The notes below the pieces were generated by a model, which was not told the DNA's origin, searched no databases, and saw only the letters and a program-made list of their open reading frames with translations. The translations under genes were made by a program, and so were the position numbers. DNA of 64,000 nucleotides from Podarcis cretensis (Eukaryota): the NCBI GenBank assembly GCA_951804945.1, contig OX638154.1, positions 57,722,001-57,786,000 of the forward strand. The letters run 5' to 3'. The first letter of the stretch is position 1. Each line of letters starts with the position of its first letter. Shown piece by piece: positions 23,601-37,900 of this stretch.

Positions 23601-26600
23601 GCTATTTGAGGAGTTCAACTCTATCCAGAACAAGCCTAATATCTGGTCCGTTGTCCTTAAAACTCCAGCCAGCTTCTAACTTGTCTGAAATTACTTTCAG
23701 ATGAGTATATTGTAATTTAAAATGCATTAAGAGTATCCATGTTTTAAAAACATACCGTGATATTTGCAGGGTTGAATTAGCTTGATTTTTTTCAGTATGA
23801 TAGCCTCCTAATTATCTATTGTAGTTTTAATTTTGAAAACTTGTTTCCTGATTGTACGCATAGTAAAATGCATGATTCTTTAGTTCTGTAACAATCTGAC
23901 TAGTCTTTTTCCCTCAAGTACAGATCCTCTGGTATACCAATATAATCATAATGTACTAAGGAACTGAGGTGAATGAAATTGAAATGCCTGAAAATGAATA
24001 TTTTGGTGTCATCACTTCAGATGTCTGAAAGTCTGTCAACGTTCTCTGATAAATTATCACCAGGTTTTGATAATGTCTTTCAAAACCTTGACTAGATTTG
24101 ATGACTATGGAATAAAAGCCTTTGCATTGACATTACGTAGTGTTTGGTACAAGGACTGAGGAATTAGTATTCCAGAATTTCCCAGTGCTTTGTCCCAACT
24201 GTTTCGTCCTTACTGCTGTTCTTCAGGCACACCATTCACAGATACTCTTCTGAGATTAACTAGAGATAGTATTTATTAGAGAGGGAGGAGAGGACCAAGA
24301 TTTCACCTTCACTATGGGGAAAAATATTAGTAACTAACCGTGCTCGTAATTATACCTAATGCCGTGGTAATTAGATCACACCCATTCTCTCAACTGGCAT
24401 GATTTTTGTGTTTGTAGAATTAATAATACTGACTTTTAAACACAACTCATTTTGACATTGAACGGTAAAGCATTATTCTCGAAGATCCATAAAAGTCTTT
24501 AGAATAGCAGTGGGCAAGCTGTGACCCTCCATATGTTGTTGACCTCAAACTTCCATCAGCCCTCACCATTGGCCATGTTAGGCAGGATAGAGGGGAGTTG
24601 GAGTCCAACAACTGGAGGGCCACCACCTTTTTAGAACAGCTTTAGAACAGTGAGGATCTGGGCAAAATATCAAGGAGATCATTCCAATATGTTGGAAATA
24701 AGAGGCATAACAAACATTCATCTTTGACAGCAAATTGTATTGTATAACGTCAGTTTCCAAACAACCTCAGTACATTTAAAATTAGAGTCAAATGCTATTT
24801 TATAATAGTTAAAAATGGCAACGAACAAAATAAGCTCTAATTAATTTCATTTACCGACAGCAATTTTGTCTTGTCCAGTATTTAGGGTGGTATCCAATAC
24901 TGTTCATCAACTGATGAAAGGAATCCATTCACAGAATAGGAGAGGGAGGCAACATTTGGAGATTCTCTATCCACCCACGTTGCCTCTAAATCTGCTCTGG
25001 AGGCCCCCCCCCCCCCAATCGCCCAGAGCAGATTTAGAAGGCTGGAAGGGAGGGAGATTGCTGAAGATTGTCTCGCTTCTCATTCCACTGGCAGATTCCA
25101 TCCATCAGTAGATTGATTGTATTAGATGCCATCCTTTACTGTTGCTTAAATTTATTGTGCTGCATAGATTTAAAGCTGTTCCATATCTAGTTCTTCCTCC
25201 ACAGGAAGCTAATTCCAAAGTTTAGCCATTGTTGCCATTTTAAAAGCAGGAAGAGATTACTTGCTGCAATAAACATTTCTTGCCCCTGAAGTTACCATAT
25301 TTCTCAAGTTTTGAGTTGTTCCCATATATTATCACAACAGTCCTTCAATGTGTGTGCAGAAAGCCAGCTAACACTTGCTAATCATTTGCAAAGGAAAAAC
25401 TTATCTGCTTGTACTACCCTCAAATGCTTCCCTTCTCTTTATATCTTCAAGAACTCCTCATTATTTTTGTTGCTGTCCTACTTTTCCAGAAAGAAGCTCA
25501 TGTTCGGTTTAGTCTGTGTCTAATCTTCTGAGTTACTGTTTTTCTAGGTTTATCTTTCTTTGATATGAAATCTTGTACAATATCTGGATTTAAATGGATC
25601 TTATCAGATTGTGTTGTCTGCTGAGTTTTCAGGTTGCTGACTGCTCTAGCCTTACCTTGTTTTATTTTTGACCGTGTGCTCTGCAAATGGCAGGATTGTT
25701 TTAGGTTTAGTTTTTAAATATCAGTAAAGGTGATTTCAGTTGTATTTAACCCACACATTTAGAACTCTGCTGACAGAGTTTGAACAAAATGAAAAGTCAG
25801 CTGTTTCCCAAAGGCGTCACTTGCAGTTTGTTTAGTATGGTGGATCTTTGCATGCCTTCACTTGTACCACATAACATGTGACCAGAGCCACACATCCGTA
25901 CACATCATATACCCAACTGCTTTCATTTTTCTATTCTTTGAAGCAGATCTATCCTAGTAGATGTTACATGTATAATGAGGGCACGCACATATGATAGGAT
26001 TGCCATATTTCAAAAAGTGAAAATCCAGACAAAAAAGTTGTAAGCTTTTTTTTGTTTTTGCTGAAGTTGCGTTGTTCTCCCCCACCCCCAAATCTAAATA
26101 AACAGAGATGCTTCGAGCTCTTTTTAATGAAATTTGCCAAAATCTTCCATTTCCAACATGGGCTGCTATATGTCTGGATTTTCCCAGACATTCCAGCAAT
26201 TTCTGCCCGGGCACTGTTTAATAGGGCCAAATACCAGCTATGTCTGGGAAATTCCGGATGTGTGGCAACCCTAACATATGAATACCTAGCCCACCATATA
26301 CTGGAAATTTTCAGTTTCATCAATTTTTCAACTTGCTGAAAGTTTTATAGTCTTTCCCCCTTTAAAATAGTGACAGTTGATACACTCTGTTAATTTCCTG
26401 TCCTGATCAAAGTGACATCAGAATCTGGCAAGTGTGGTAGTGTGTGAAGAGGTCTTAAGGGGTATTATTAAAGGGACAATTGCTTTTCTGAAAAAGAAAA
26501 TTGAAGGTGGAAAGATAAACGGAACTGTGTCTCAACGTAGAATGAACTAGTGTGAAACAAGATCAGACAATGTATTATGCTTTCCCTCAAACTGCAAAGG

Positions 26601-29600
26601 AGCAGAATGAAATCTCTGAGTCACAAAACATATTCATAGTGACTCCTGTTCAAGATTCTTGACAAATTCTTATGGCACCATGTTCAGTAGTACTTCTGGA
26701 ATTGTTGAGTATCTTCTCTGAAAGCAGGAGTAAACCACAATCTCTAGATCGTCTGTCATCTTTTAGGGTTGCTATCACATCAGTACGTTAAAAATTAAAG
26801 CTGGGACTCCTGGGTTTTATGATAGAGTATTTATATTTACACTTAACTAAATTCACTTTCAACTTGCTACTACTATTCTGTACAGACCACTAATGCTTGG
26901 AGAACATTTGCTGTACTTCTGTCACTTTGCATTTCTCTCAGGAATTTGCTATTGCATTAATAAAGTTCTTGCACGGAGCACACACCGCTGTGGTCCTCAA
27001 AAGAGGTTTAATTTGTTTTTTGTGTCGTAGAGCACTATTAATCCTGTTGATGCAATATATCAACCTAGTCTATTGGAATCTTCAGTGATCAGCGCAATGC
27101 CTACCCAAACTGTCTTACCTTCAGGTATAGTATTTGTAAACTACTTGTGGAAATGTTTGTTTCTGAAACTTATGAAAATGTAATGTTTAGTATTAATAGT
27201 AGATACCCTGTTTCAGCTCAAATGTGATTTATTTTATATGCACTTTCTCCCACTCCCCCCGCATCCCTTTATTTCTTACATACATGCATAAAAATGTTAG
27301 GCTGCCGCCGCACCAATTCCAGCATGATGAACAGCATGCAGACAGGCTAGCAGTGTGAGTGGCAGGTGACCCAAGGAAGCTGTTTAATGAGGGAGGGGAG
27401 ATGCTCCACGAAGCAGTTTGGCTAAGCACCACCCCTTTAAAAGAGGATGGGGCTTGGGGCAAGCGGTGAAGGGATAGTTGAAGTGTAAAGGGAGGAAGGT
27501 TTGGTTAGGTGTGCGGGAGGGGGAGTTGGCAGGTACGTGGGGTTGTTGAGTGGAGCTGGCAAGAACAACCACCCCAGTAGAATGCATATACAGTGGTACC
27601 TTGGTTCTCAAACTTGGTCCGACCCCCAAAACGGTTCAAAAACCAAGGCACGGCTTCCGATTGGCTGCAGGAGCTTCCTGCGCTCAAATCGGAAGCCGTG
27701 TCAGACGTTCGGCTTCTGAAAAATGTTCGCAAACCAGAACACTCACTTCTGGGTTTGTGGCGTTCGGGAACCAAGGTACCACTGTATTCACTGAAAGTGG
27801 TTGCATAAAGGATGTCGCTTATAATCTATTTGTGCTGTACTGTGCTGTTGCTTTGTAAATGAGCTAATTTTATTCTCTGTGCTGAAATATATTTGACTCT
27901 TTCCTCTTGTACTCAAATTAAATTATTTCTTTTTACAAGCGGTGTTTTTATAATCAGTTCACATAGTAGTGTGTTTGCATTCCCTATCCTCATTGCCTGT
28001 TCTTTGCATTAAAGATACTCGACTAAACTAGGAATGTGGAAGAGCAGTGAGCCTTCATCTTCCCACATGGAGAGTAGAACAGCAGAATACATTCTGTGCC
28101 TAGGATGATGCCATGAATACGTCAGGATTTTTGCTTACACCATTTCACTTGTCACTTTGTAATAACTTTTAGAACCAACCCAGCTTTGCAAATCAGAGCA
28201 GCGACCTTCATCCTTGGCAGTTGGACCAGTTGTAGCATTAATTGGAAGTCACCAGACTCCAACACCAAATAGTACAGGTATAGCACAAATTCTTATCTTG
28301 TTTCAAAATACACTCTCACAGTTTGGTGGGAGTGGGGCGCCTGTGGACCTCCAGATGTTGCTGGAGTACAACCCCCATCCTTTCTGACCATTGGCCATTC
28401 TCTCTGGAACAGATGGGTGTTGTAGTACCGCAACATCAGGATTTGAATGGTACCCCTTTTCATGATGCACATGCTTTATTCGTGATTTCATAGGCTCCCA
28501 CTATTTCCAAGTGGATGGAATAAAACCCTGGTGATGTTCTAGACCAAAGTGGCTAACCTGGTGTCCTCCAGACATTGCTGGACTCAAACTCCTATCCGCC
28601 CCCACCTGCACCAATCAGGAATGCTGGTTGGTGTGTGCTGGTTGGGAGAGACATGCCTTACATCCAATCACCTCTGTTACAGGTCTCTTCCATTCCTTTG
28701 ATTGTTGTTGTTACTTTTTAAAAGATACTGTGTTTAGATCTATTTATAAATCATTATTGATCTTGAACTTCATGAGCTAAATAAAAGTTCAGCTACTTCC
28801 GTTTTGTTTGAAAACAACAAACTGGTTTTTTTACATTTATACGCATAATCGTTACAGGAAGTGGCCAGTCAGCACCTAGCAGCAGTTTAACTTCTCCGAG
28901 CCATGCCAATATTTCTCCAAATACAGTTCCAGATTTCTCTTACTCCAGCAGTGAAGATGAATTTTATGATGCTGATGAATTCTATCAAAGCAGCTCATCC
29001 CCAAAGAGATGTTTGGAGTAAGTAATGGGAAGCCTAAGAACACTATTTTTCCTTGAGAACTGTCAGAGTCGGTACATATACTGACCACATTCCACGCATG
29101 TAGCAGAAATCATTAGGACAGTGGGCAGTGCTCAGTGATGTCTTTCTGCTTGCACAACAGGACTTATGGTTTCTTACCTCACTCCTGCAGCTGCCTCTGT
29201 GCCCTCACAATCTGTTCCACAGGATCCCCAGACCCTCCAGAGCAGATTTTAGATGGTGCAGGGGAGCGAGAAAGGAAAGATAAGCTTCATTGTACAAGTG
29301 GGCAACAGATCAAACTGTGTTGGATCTAACCCAGGATTTTTACTCCACTTTCTCACTTTCTTAAAAATACAAATTAAGAACAATTCCGATTTTAAAAATT
29401 CATACTGTGAATGAAGCAACTATAATGTGCCAACATTATGCCCTGCATGGATATGAAAATTGCACAAATTCTTATAGAAGCTAATGGAAATTGATGTTTT
29501 ATTCATGAGCTGCTGTGTGGTGCACAGAGGTGTTCCTCAGTTCATAGACTTCAGCCATCAACTAAGTGAGTTGCCTGTAGCCATCTAGCCTTTAAACTCT

Positions 29601-31944
29601 GCTAAATCTGACCCACCATATACAGGCCTAATTTGGCCTGGCAGGTGTCCTAATTTGCTCAGCAGAGACAGTTCCTCCCACACCTGATGTCAAATGCAAT
29701 GGCAGGCAAAAACAAAGCTGCAAAGGAACCAGATGAGAGTCTTAAGAGTGCTCCTGGCAGGCAGAGTTTTGATTTGGTGCCCTTTAAATTTGGTGACAAA
29801 TACAGGCTTCACTGGGATTGGTTCCACTTGGAAACTCCTGAGGGTGGTCCCTGCCAAAAGTAGGGGTTCCAATCAGCACTAAGTACAACTCCCACTGCAG
29901 GTATTTTCCTTGTAAGGAAAGAATCAGTGCACTTTGAGTGTGCTCCAGTTTTTTTCCTTTGTAGTTGGGCCACTATATTGTCAGGCAGTTGACCTGCCTG
30001 TCAAAGTGACCAACAACATAGAGTAATGGCAGGTAAATTCTGATAATATATGTATAGAAATTTTATTTATAAGTTAAGGAAGTGAAAGGCTGCTGAACAC
30101 AACAGAGGTTTCCTTTTCTACCGACTGCAGCCCCCTGTGTTCCTTGAAAAGCTTCTCTTGTGGGTCAGCAGACTCTTGGAGGCTTAACCTCTGGCTGCAA
30201 TCCTTAAATCTTTTTAAATGCTAAATGATAGTGAACTATTGGCCTTCCTTTGCTCTCTTTTCCATACCTTAAAGCTGCTCTTTATCTGCCCTGGAATTTA
30301 CTGTTTCTCAGCCATTCCCCAAGTGTGGGAGTTCTTCACATCCTTATCGTGTTTGTAATGGTCTAAAATGCTTTGTATCTTTCTGTAGCTCTTCAGGGCC
30401 CGGGGCCATCCTAACTCGTAGCAGTACAGGAAGTAGTATGAAGCGCCCAGACACAACAGAGTCCCTCAACTCTTCCATGTCTAATGGGACAAACGATGCT
30501 GGTAAGAGAAGTCCGCAAACCATCCAGGGCCCCAACAGCACTTTGCTACAAATTTTAGCGTGTATAGATGCTACAAAAGACTCCTTATTCTTCTTTATGC
30601 TAAGTAGTGAGGATAAATTAATCTTTATCTGCATGCTTGCTTTCAATATCTCTGCTATTGTTAAGGCAAAAAAACAATGTTTGCCTATCTTGGCGTATTT
30701 GATAAGGCGTGGGGAACCTTCCCCCACTTGGGCTGACCATGGGTGGGCCCAGAGCCCTTGTTTTCTCTCCCTCTTTCTGGCGCCTTCTTCCTCATTTTCT
30801 CTCACACACATGAAATTAAGGCAAACAGGTTCCCCACCCCTTAATTAGATTTTAATTATTTGAATGTTTTTCTACTTCTTCAGTAAAGCATGTGTTGAAT
30901 GCAGTTTATTATTACAGATCTGTTTGATCCCCATGACGATAGAGATGACGATAATGAAGGGGAGTCTGTGGAAGAACACAAGAGCGTTATCATGCATCTT
31001 TTGTCACAAGTTAGGTTAGGAATGGACTTAACCAAGGTAAGAGTCAGAAGGAGGTTCATGGAGTTTGAGCAGTTAGTGGCTTTAATTTCTTTGAGTGCAA
31101 GAGTATTCAGTCATCAAATAAATCAGTTTTGCATCTCCTCTATCCCAAATCCTAACTATGATTGTTGAATCTGCATGTGTTAAACCTGCACAAACTTGTT
31201 TGTAAGTAATCTCTTCAATGGCATGATAGTTACATGCTCAAATTCAACACAGGGTGGCATCTAGTTGCTGCACTCTTAACAATGATATTTGCAAAAGATG
31301 CACTGTCCACACTGCAGCCCAAAGCTCTCCCTCTCCTAAGGGCTCCTGACCGGGGGGGGGGGGGGTAGCCGTAGAACAGCCCTAGTTGCTTCAGCATTTA
31401 ATGTTGGGCCTGTTTCAGTCTCATTGAAATTAATTTGACTGGAGCATTGAACTTGATTTCATGGAGACTTAATCTTGCGGTTTTTTATTGATCTCATCCA
31501 CATGTGATAGTAAGTCATAGTCTTAAAAAAACTCACAAGTAATAAGTAAAGAATTTTAATACGAAATTCAAAAATTACAAGGAGCAAGCCTTGGTTTCTG
31601 CTCATGATTAGTGCTGTTTTTTTAGTAATGCTAAGCCAGTTACCTGGCTCGCTTACCATTACATACTGAAGAGCAAATCAGGCCCAATTGAGCAGCATGT
31701 TCATTATTTATTGCCTTTAAACTGAGATGAGTAGTGATTTCTCACATCTCCAAACAGGTGAAATGAATAGAGTTTCCAATGTTATTTCTGTTTTGGATTA
31801 TCCCCCATGCTCAACATTCTGGGCTGTTCTTTTAATAAGCAATATTGGGCACATAATAGGTTCCTTCTTTTGCAATAGGCTGATCACAAACCAGAGGTAT
31901 ATTATGTCCCTCCTTTTAAAGTTTCTTGGATGTATTGTGTAAAA

Positions 31945-31990
<46 letters not shown>

Positions 31991-34900
31991 CCTGTACTGG
32001 AAAGCTTAGTGGAAAGGACCATCTGCTTTTTAACTAAGTGTGGTACCAGCAGTAAGTGCTGACCCTTACAAATGTCAAATTATGCTTGAGCAGTTTCGAT
32101 CAGCGTTAAGACTTAGTGTTTTTTAGATAAATGCTTAAGAGTCTTGTGTGTTTCTTCCCTCAGGTGGTTCTTCCAACTTTTATTTTGGAAAGAAGATCAC
32201 TTTTGGAAATGTATGCAGACTTCTTTGCACATCCAGACTTATTTGTAAGGTATTCTCAATTTTGTTTTCATACAGCTTATATACCTGCAGTAGTGCAAGC
32301 TTTATATTCATTTGCACAGAATCCAAGCACATAGGTGCAGAGCTCCACTTCAGTGGATGCATTTTTGTCTAAGGACCATGATCTAATTGGTTTTCTGCCT
32401 ACTTGTTAGGCAGATCCAGCTGCCTCTAGCAATACAGTGGTACCTCGGGTTAAGTACTTAATTCATTCTGGAGGTCCGTTCTTAACCTGAAACTGTTCTT
32501 AACCTGAGGTACCACTTTAGCTAATGGGGCCACCCACTGCTGCCGCGTCACCGGAGCACGATTTCTGTTCTCATCCTGAAGCAAAGTTCTTAACCCGAGA
32601 TACTATTTCTGGGTTAGTGGAGTCTGTAACCTGAAGCGTATGTAACCTGAAGCATATGTAACCCGAGGTACCACTGTATAGGGACTGAAACTGGGCAGCT
32701 AGTTTTACATTGCTGATAAAGCATTTTATCTTTCAGGTAGGAATGGTAAGGTCTTTTATGTGTAGCTAAACCATCAGTTAGATTTTTTTCTCTCAGCTCA
32801 GTTTTAAACATCTTGAATAACTTTTTTGTGGTTTCATTTTTTAAAAAAAATAAATCTTTTGTTATCCTATTATGTCTTCTCTAGTATTAGTGACCAAAAA
32901 GATCCAAAGGACCGAATGGTTCAGGTGGTAAGGTGGTACCTCTCAGCTTTCCATGCAGGAAGAAAAGGGTCTGTTGCTAAAAAGCCTTACAATCCCATCC
33001 TGGGAGAAATATTCCGGTGTCACTGGGTGCTGCCAAGTGTGGAACAAGAAGAAACTACGGTTAGTAAAAATTACTTAACAGCTTGTTTACAAAATGCACC
33101 TTTTTTTAATCTCAGCCATTTCATAAGAGCTTTAACTCTCATTTCCATTTTGTTGAGAGGAAGGGACAGTTCACCATTTTTAAGTTCAAGGTGCTTTGAA
33201 TAACCCAGAGCTTGAGAAATTTAATTTTTCTTATTCAGCGTCAGACCTTATACTGTCTCATACCATTCCATTTGTCTTTTGATCACTTTCTCAGGATATC
33301 TTTCTAAGTAATTTGTCTAGCATTTAGTTCAGTTATATTCCACGTTTCCTCCAGGCAGCTCTAGACTACATACATGTTTTTCCCCCTCCCATGTTATCCT
33401 CACAACCTTGTGAGATAGAATAAATAGTGACTGGCCTGTGGTTACCCACTGAGCTTCATGGTTGAGTGAATATTTGAATCTAGGTCTCCCAGAGTTACAT
33501 CATACTTTATTGACCTATGCAGTTTAGGACCCTCGTATCTATGGGACCGCCACTCCTGGTATGCCCCATGGAGGACCTTAAGGTCCAGAAATAACAACAC
33601 TTTGGACGTCCTAAGCCGCAAAGTGGTTAGATTGGTCTCAACTAAGGCCAGGAACTTTTCAGTACTGGCCCCGACTTGGTGGAACACTCTGTCATAAGAG
33701 ACTAGGGCCCTGCGGGACTTGACATCTTTCCGCAGGGTCTGCAAGACAGAGCTGTTCCACCTGGCCTTTGGTTTGGACTCAGTCTGACCCTTACATTTCC
33801 CTCCCCTTATGGTTTTGATTTATGGGCTACTATTAAAATGAGGCTGCATTTTAAATTGTATTTTAACCCGTATTTTAATAAACTGGTTCCCCCCCCCCCA
33901 TTATGTTTTATTGTAATTTTATTGGCGATAGCCGCCCTGAGTCTGGCTCTGGCCGGGGAGGGCAGGGTATAAATAAAAATATATTATTATTTATTATTAT
34001 TATTAAGGCTTTGGTGATAATGTGAGCTAGCTCTTACAATAGGTTTATTTTCCTTCCCTTCCATCTAGGACCACTTATTTTACTTGATCACCATCCTTGT
34101 CTAATACATGGGGGACTTGTAGATAGCATTGAGGGCCTTTCCAGACTAGTTAGCTTCACATTGTTCATTTTGGGGCAGAGCACATTTTCTAAATGATACT
34201 TTATATGTGGGCAAATGCAATGACTTTTCCTAGTTGGTGCATCCAATCGGAGAGTCAATTTTGTGGAACAAAGTTTGTCTACCACTTGATGATGCCTTCT
34301 AATCCTATGCAGACATTTCCCACACCATGCATGGTATTTGACCTGGAATGCTCAGGCCCGCCTCCCTTGTCATACGCATAGATGCTGATTACATAGACCA
34401 TACCCATGTGATGTCTACACATCATGCTGTAGTGCGCTTCCTCTACTGTGCAAGTCATACTGTGTGCCCAGATTTATTTCACAGTCTCTTCTTAGGCATA
34501 CAAATCATGCACATCCTAGGTAATAGCATACATTGTGCCCTTGTGTATTTTACCCTTTATTCTGTGCATCCTTGGAAGGTTTAGGTAGGGAACACATCTG
34601 AATACCTCGGTATACGTGTTAAAAAGACTGTATATCATGTAACATTGGAATATGTCTTTCTAGGAAACTCTGGCAGATGGACCACTTCCATGGGTTACTC
34701 AGAACAGTGTAACGTTTGTAGCGGAACAAGTTTCTCACCATCCTCCAAGTAAGTGAAGAAGCCTATTGCAGATTTTTAAAACCTCTGTTTTAATGCTGGT
34801 GTTTAGTCAGTGTTGGGCTTTGCTGCTGATTTTTTACTTGGGAAGTAAATAATAAATATCCATTTGCTCTTTGCAGGTGTTTTATCCTGAATTTATTGCT

Positions 34901-37900
34901 TTATAGTTTACCATTTTTTCTGTCCTTAAGTTTCAGCATTTTATGCAGAATGCCCTAGCAAGAAAATACAGTTCAATGCCCACATCTGGACTAAGTCAAA
35001 GTTCCTGGGAATGTCTATTGGCGTTCATAATATAGGCCAAGGTATGTCTACTGTCACAGAAATGTGTATCTACTTCCTGATTCTCTAAATAAACGTATTT
35101 ATGAGAAAGTATTTGATGAATTATTTTTTCATGCTGGATAAATTTCTCATTGAAGGCTGGTGGCAATCACAGCAGTAGCCACAAACCAATACAGAATCTT
35201 TTGTGTCTTGCTTTTCATTATAAAAAAGGTCCCACTGTGCACTGATTGCCTGCAGCAATGTTTGCAAAGGCTCCAGCCCATCCTGATGCCATGTATTTTT
35301 GGCTTTAAGTCCACAAGGCATCAACTGACCCAAGAGAACTGAAGTCACAATATGACTGGCATTGACTATGGGGCACATAATTCAGCATGTGTATTATCTG
35401 TAGAAGATCCCCATTTCCAGTTCTAAGGGGGAAGGGAACCACTTGGGCTGCAGGGATCAGAAAGTCGTCTGCCCAGACCGCATAGAGTGCAGCTGCTGCA
35501 ATTGATAATACTGAATGTATGGCTGTTTCTTTGTTGCACTGTCTTGCATGTTTGTTGTTAAAACATGGCAGCAGAGCAAAAAGTAATGGGGCAAACAGGA
35601 AATAGATTTATTGGACATTTGGGGGGAATTCACAGAACAATGATTAAAGATTCAGATATGCTGCCGTTTCTTTTCATTATGCTATCATAAATTAAGGACT
35701 ACAAAGGTGGTGGGAGAGGGAACTGTGAAATGCCCAAAACATTTCAAGGGGCAGGAGCATAGGTTCTCTTTTCTGATTCCGTTGGCTTAGTTCTTCAACG
35801 GAAAATAACTTGCAACCAAGATTTTCATGGCAGCATTTTTATTCTTGCGTGGTCCTTTGTCATCTTATTTCATATGAAAATACTGTCTTATTCTCATAAT
35901 GCCCTATTCTCTTGCAGGGTGTGTATCATGCCTAGATTATGACGAGCACTATATTCTAACATTCCCCAATGGTTACGGGAGGTAAGTGACTTCACACTTA
36001 TCGGCAATTTATTTTATGATAGCAAATGTTTCTTTTCCTAACTCTTTAAGGGCATCTTCTGTTACCTTGACAGATCTATTCTCACAGTGCCATGGATAGA
36101 GCTGGGAGGAGAATGCAACATTAGCTGCTCCAAGACAGGCTATAATGCTACCATAATCTTCCACACGAAACCTTTCTATGGTGGGAAAAAGCACAGAGTT
36201 ACAGCAGAAATCTTGTAAGTATATTCAGGGGTTTTAAGCAACAAACTCATTTCATACTTGTGGTAGTAAGAGAATAAGACACAAGGCAGGAAGTAGAGCT
36301 ACTGGCAGCTTAAGCCAGTGCTTTGGACAGGTACTCATCTTGTTTTATAACTATGAATACTATTAGTAGTGATGGATCCTGTTTTTTATCTTTTCTTTTA
36401 GTTCTCCTAATGACAAGAAATCTTTCTGTTCAGTTGAAGGAGAATGGAATGGTGTCATGTATGCCAAACATGCAACTGGGGTAAATCATCCTTTTTTCTG
36501 TTTTGTTTTAATCAATAGGCTAGACTAGAGGAACATGTTGTGGCACTCAGAGAAAATACTGATTATCCAAAGCATGTCATCTGAATTCCTTTTCCTGTTG
36601 CTAGTTAATTGGCTTCAGCCCAAAAGCCTTTTAATGGATTTAACATCCCAGGGGGCCACCGAGTGAATTGTGCTTCTTGCTGGTTGAGGCTCAGCATATT
36701 TGGGGGCTGATATTGATGCTAGACCATGGCAGCTGACGGCATCTCTGCTGTGAAATTTAATTGTGCCAGAGAAATTTTGCAAAACTTAATGATAAATAAA
36801 ACCTAGATGGTGAACAAATTGAAGCTGAAAAATATAAACAATAATAGTGCTATTCTTTCTTTAGGAGAATGTAGTCTTTATAGATACCAAGAAAATGCCT
36901 ATCATTAAGAAGAAAGTAAGAAAACTAGAAGATCAAGAAGAATACGAATCCCGCTGGTAAGCATAACTCTTCTTCCTCCCTTGCCTACTAAAACCCAGAC
37001 CATCAGGTAAATAGAGGTTAGTGCCCTGTATCCTTAATTCTTGCCAGCACAATTTCCCTCACATGACACTCCTACTAGAATTAGCAGGGAGGGGAAGGTG
37101 GTATGTTTGCAGACTCCTCCTTCCACCTAGGTCCCCTGAAAACAGAGGAGTGGGGCAGGGGGCTGGTTACAGAGGAATCACCAAAATGCTTCTCCCTTCC
37201 TCCTGCAATAGCCTTTGCTGGATCTGTCTTTTCTGTAAATGGGATCCCATATATTTGCAGAAGAGACTCTGGGTCTCATAAATTTAATTTGCTTGAAATT
37301 AAATATCAGTTACTTCACCTCTATATTTTGATAGAACAAGTGCATTGTTTAGCTGTATTATGTGAAAAAAATTACTTTCACATACTAGCAAATAAATCAG
37401 TATTTATTTATTGCATATAACGTGGATTATGAGCAGTAACATGGGATGAATGTCAGTCATCAAGGTTTTGAAACAAAATTGGCCATCTGCCTATTTATGT
37501 TCCCTCATGGATGATTTTTCCCTCATCTTAGTTTAAAATCTTTCTCCTGAACCCGCGATAAGAAATCAGTTTTGTATCATGTTGTATAAATATTCTTATT
37601 TTTTTAGCTTATGGAAAGATGTAACTTACAACTTAAAGATCAGAGACATTGATTCAGCTACTGAAGCAAAGCATAGGCTTGAAGAAAGACAAAGAGCCGA
37701 AGCCAGAGCCAGAAAGGAGAAAGAGATTCCATGGGAGACACGGGTACGTTTTAGTCAATAATCAGTACCTTTGTAAATCTCCCTGTTCCTCCTGTCACAC
37801 TATTAATTGAGTACTCTTCTCTTCCAGCTATTCCATGAAGATGGCGAATGCTGGGTTTATGATGAACCACTACTCAAGCGACTTGCTGCCAGTAAATATT

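Noticed and set aside
27295-27567. Purine-rich TG...CA segment as a solo LTR
   Set aside because: No target-site duplication or second copy found
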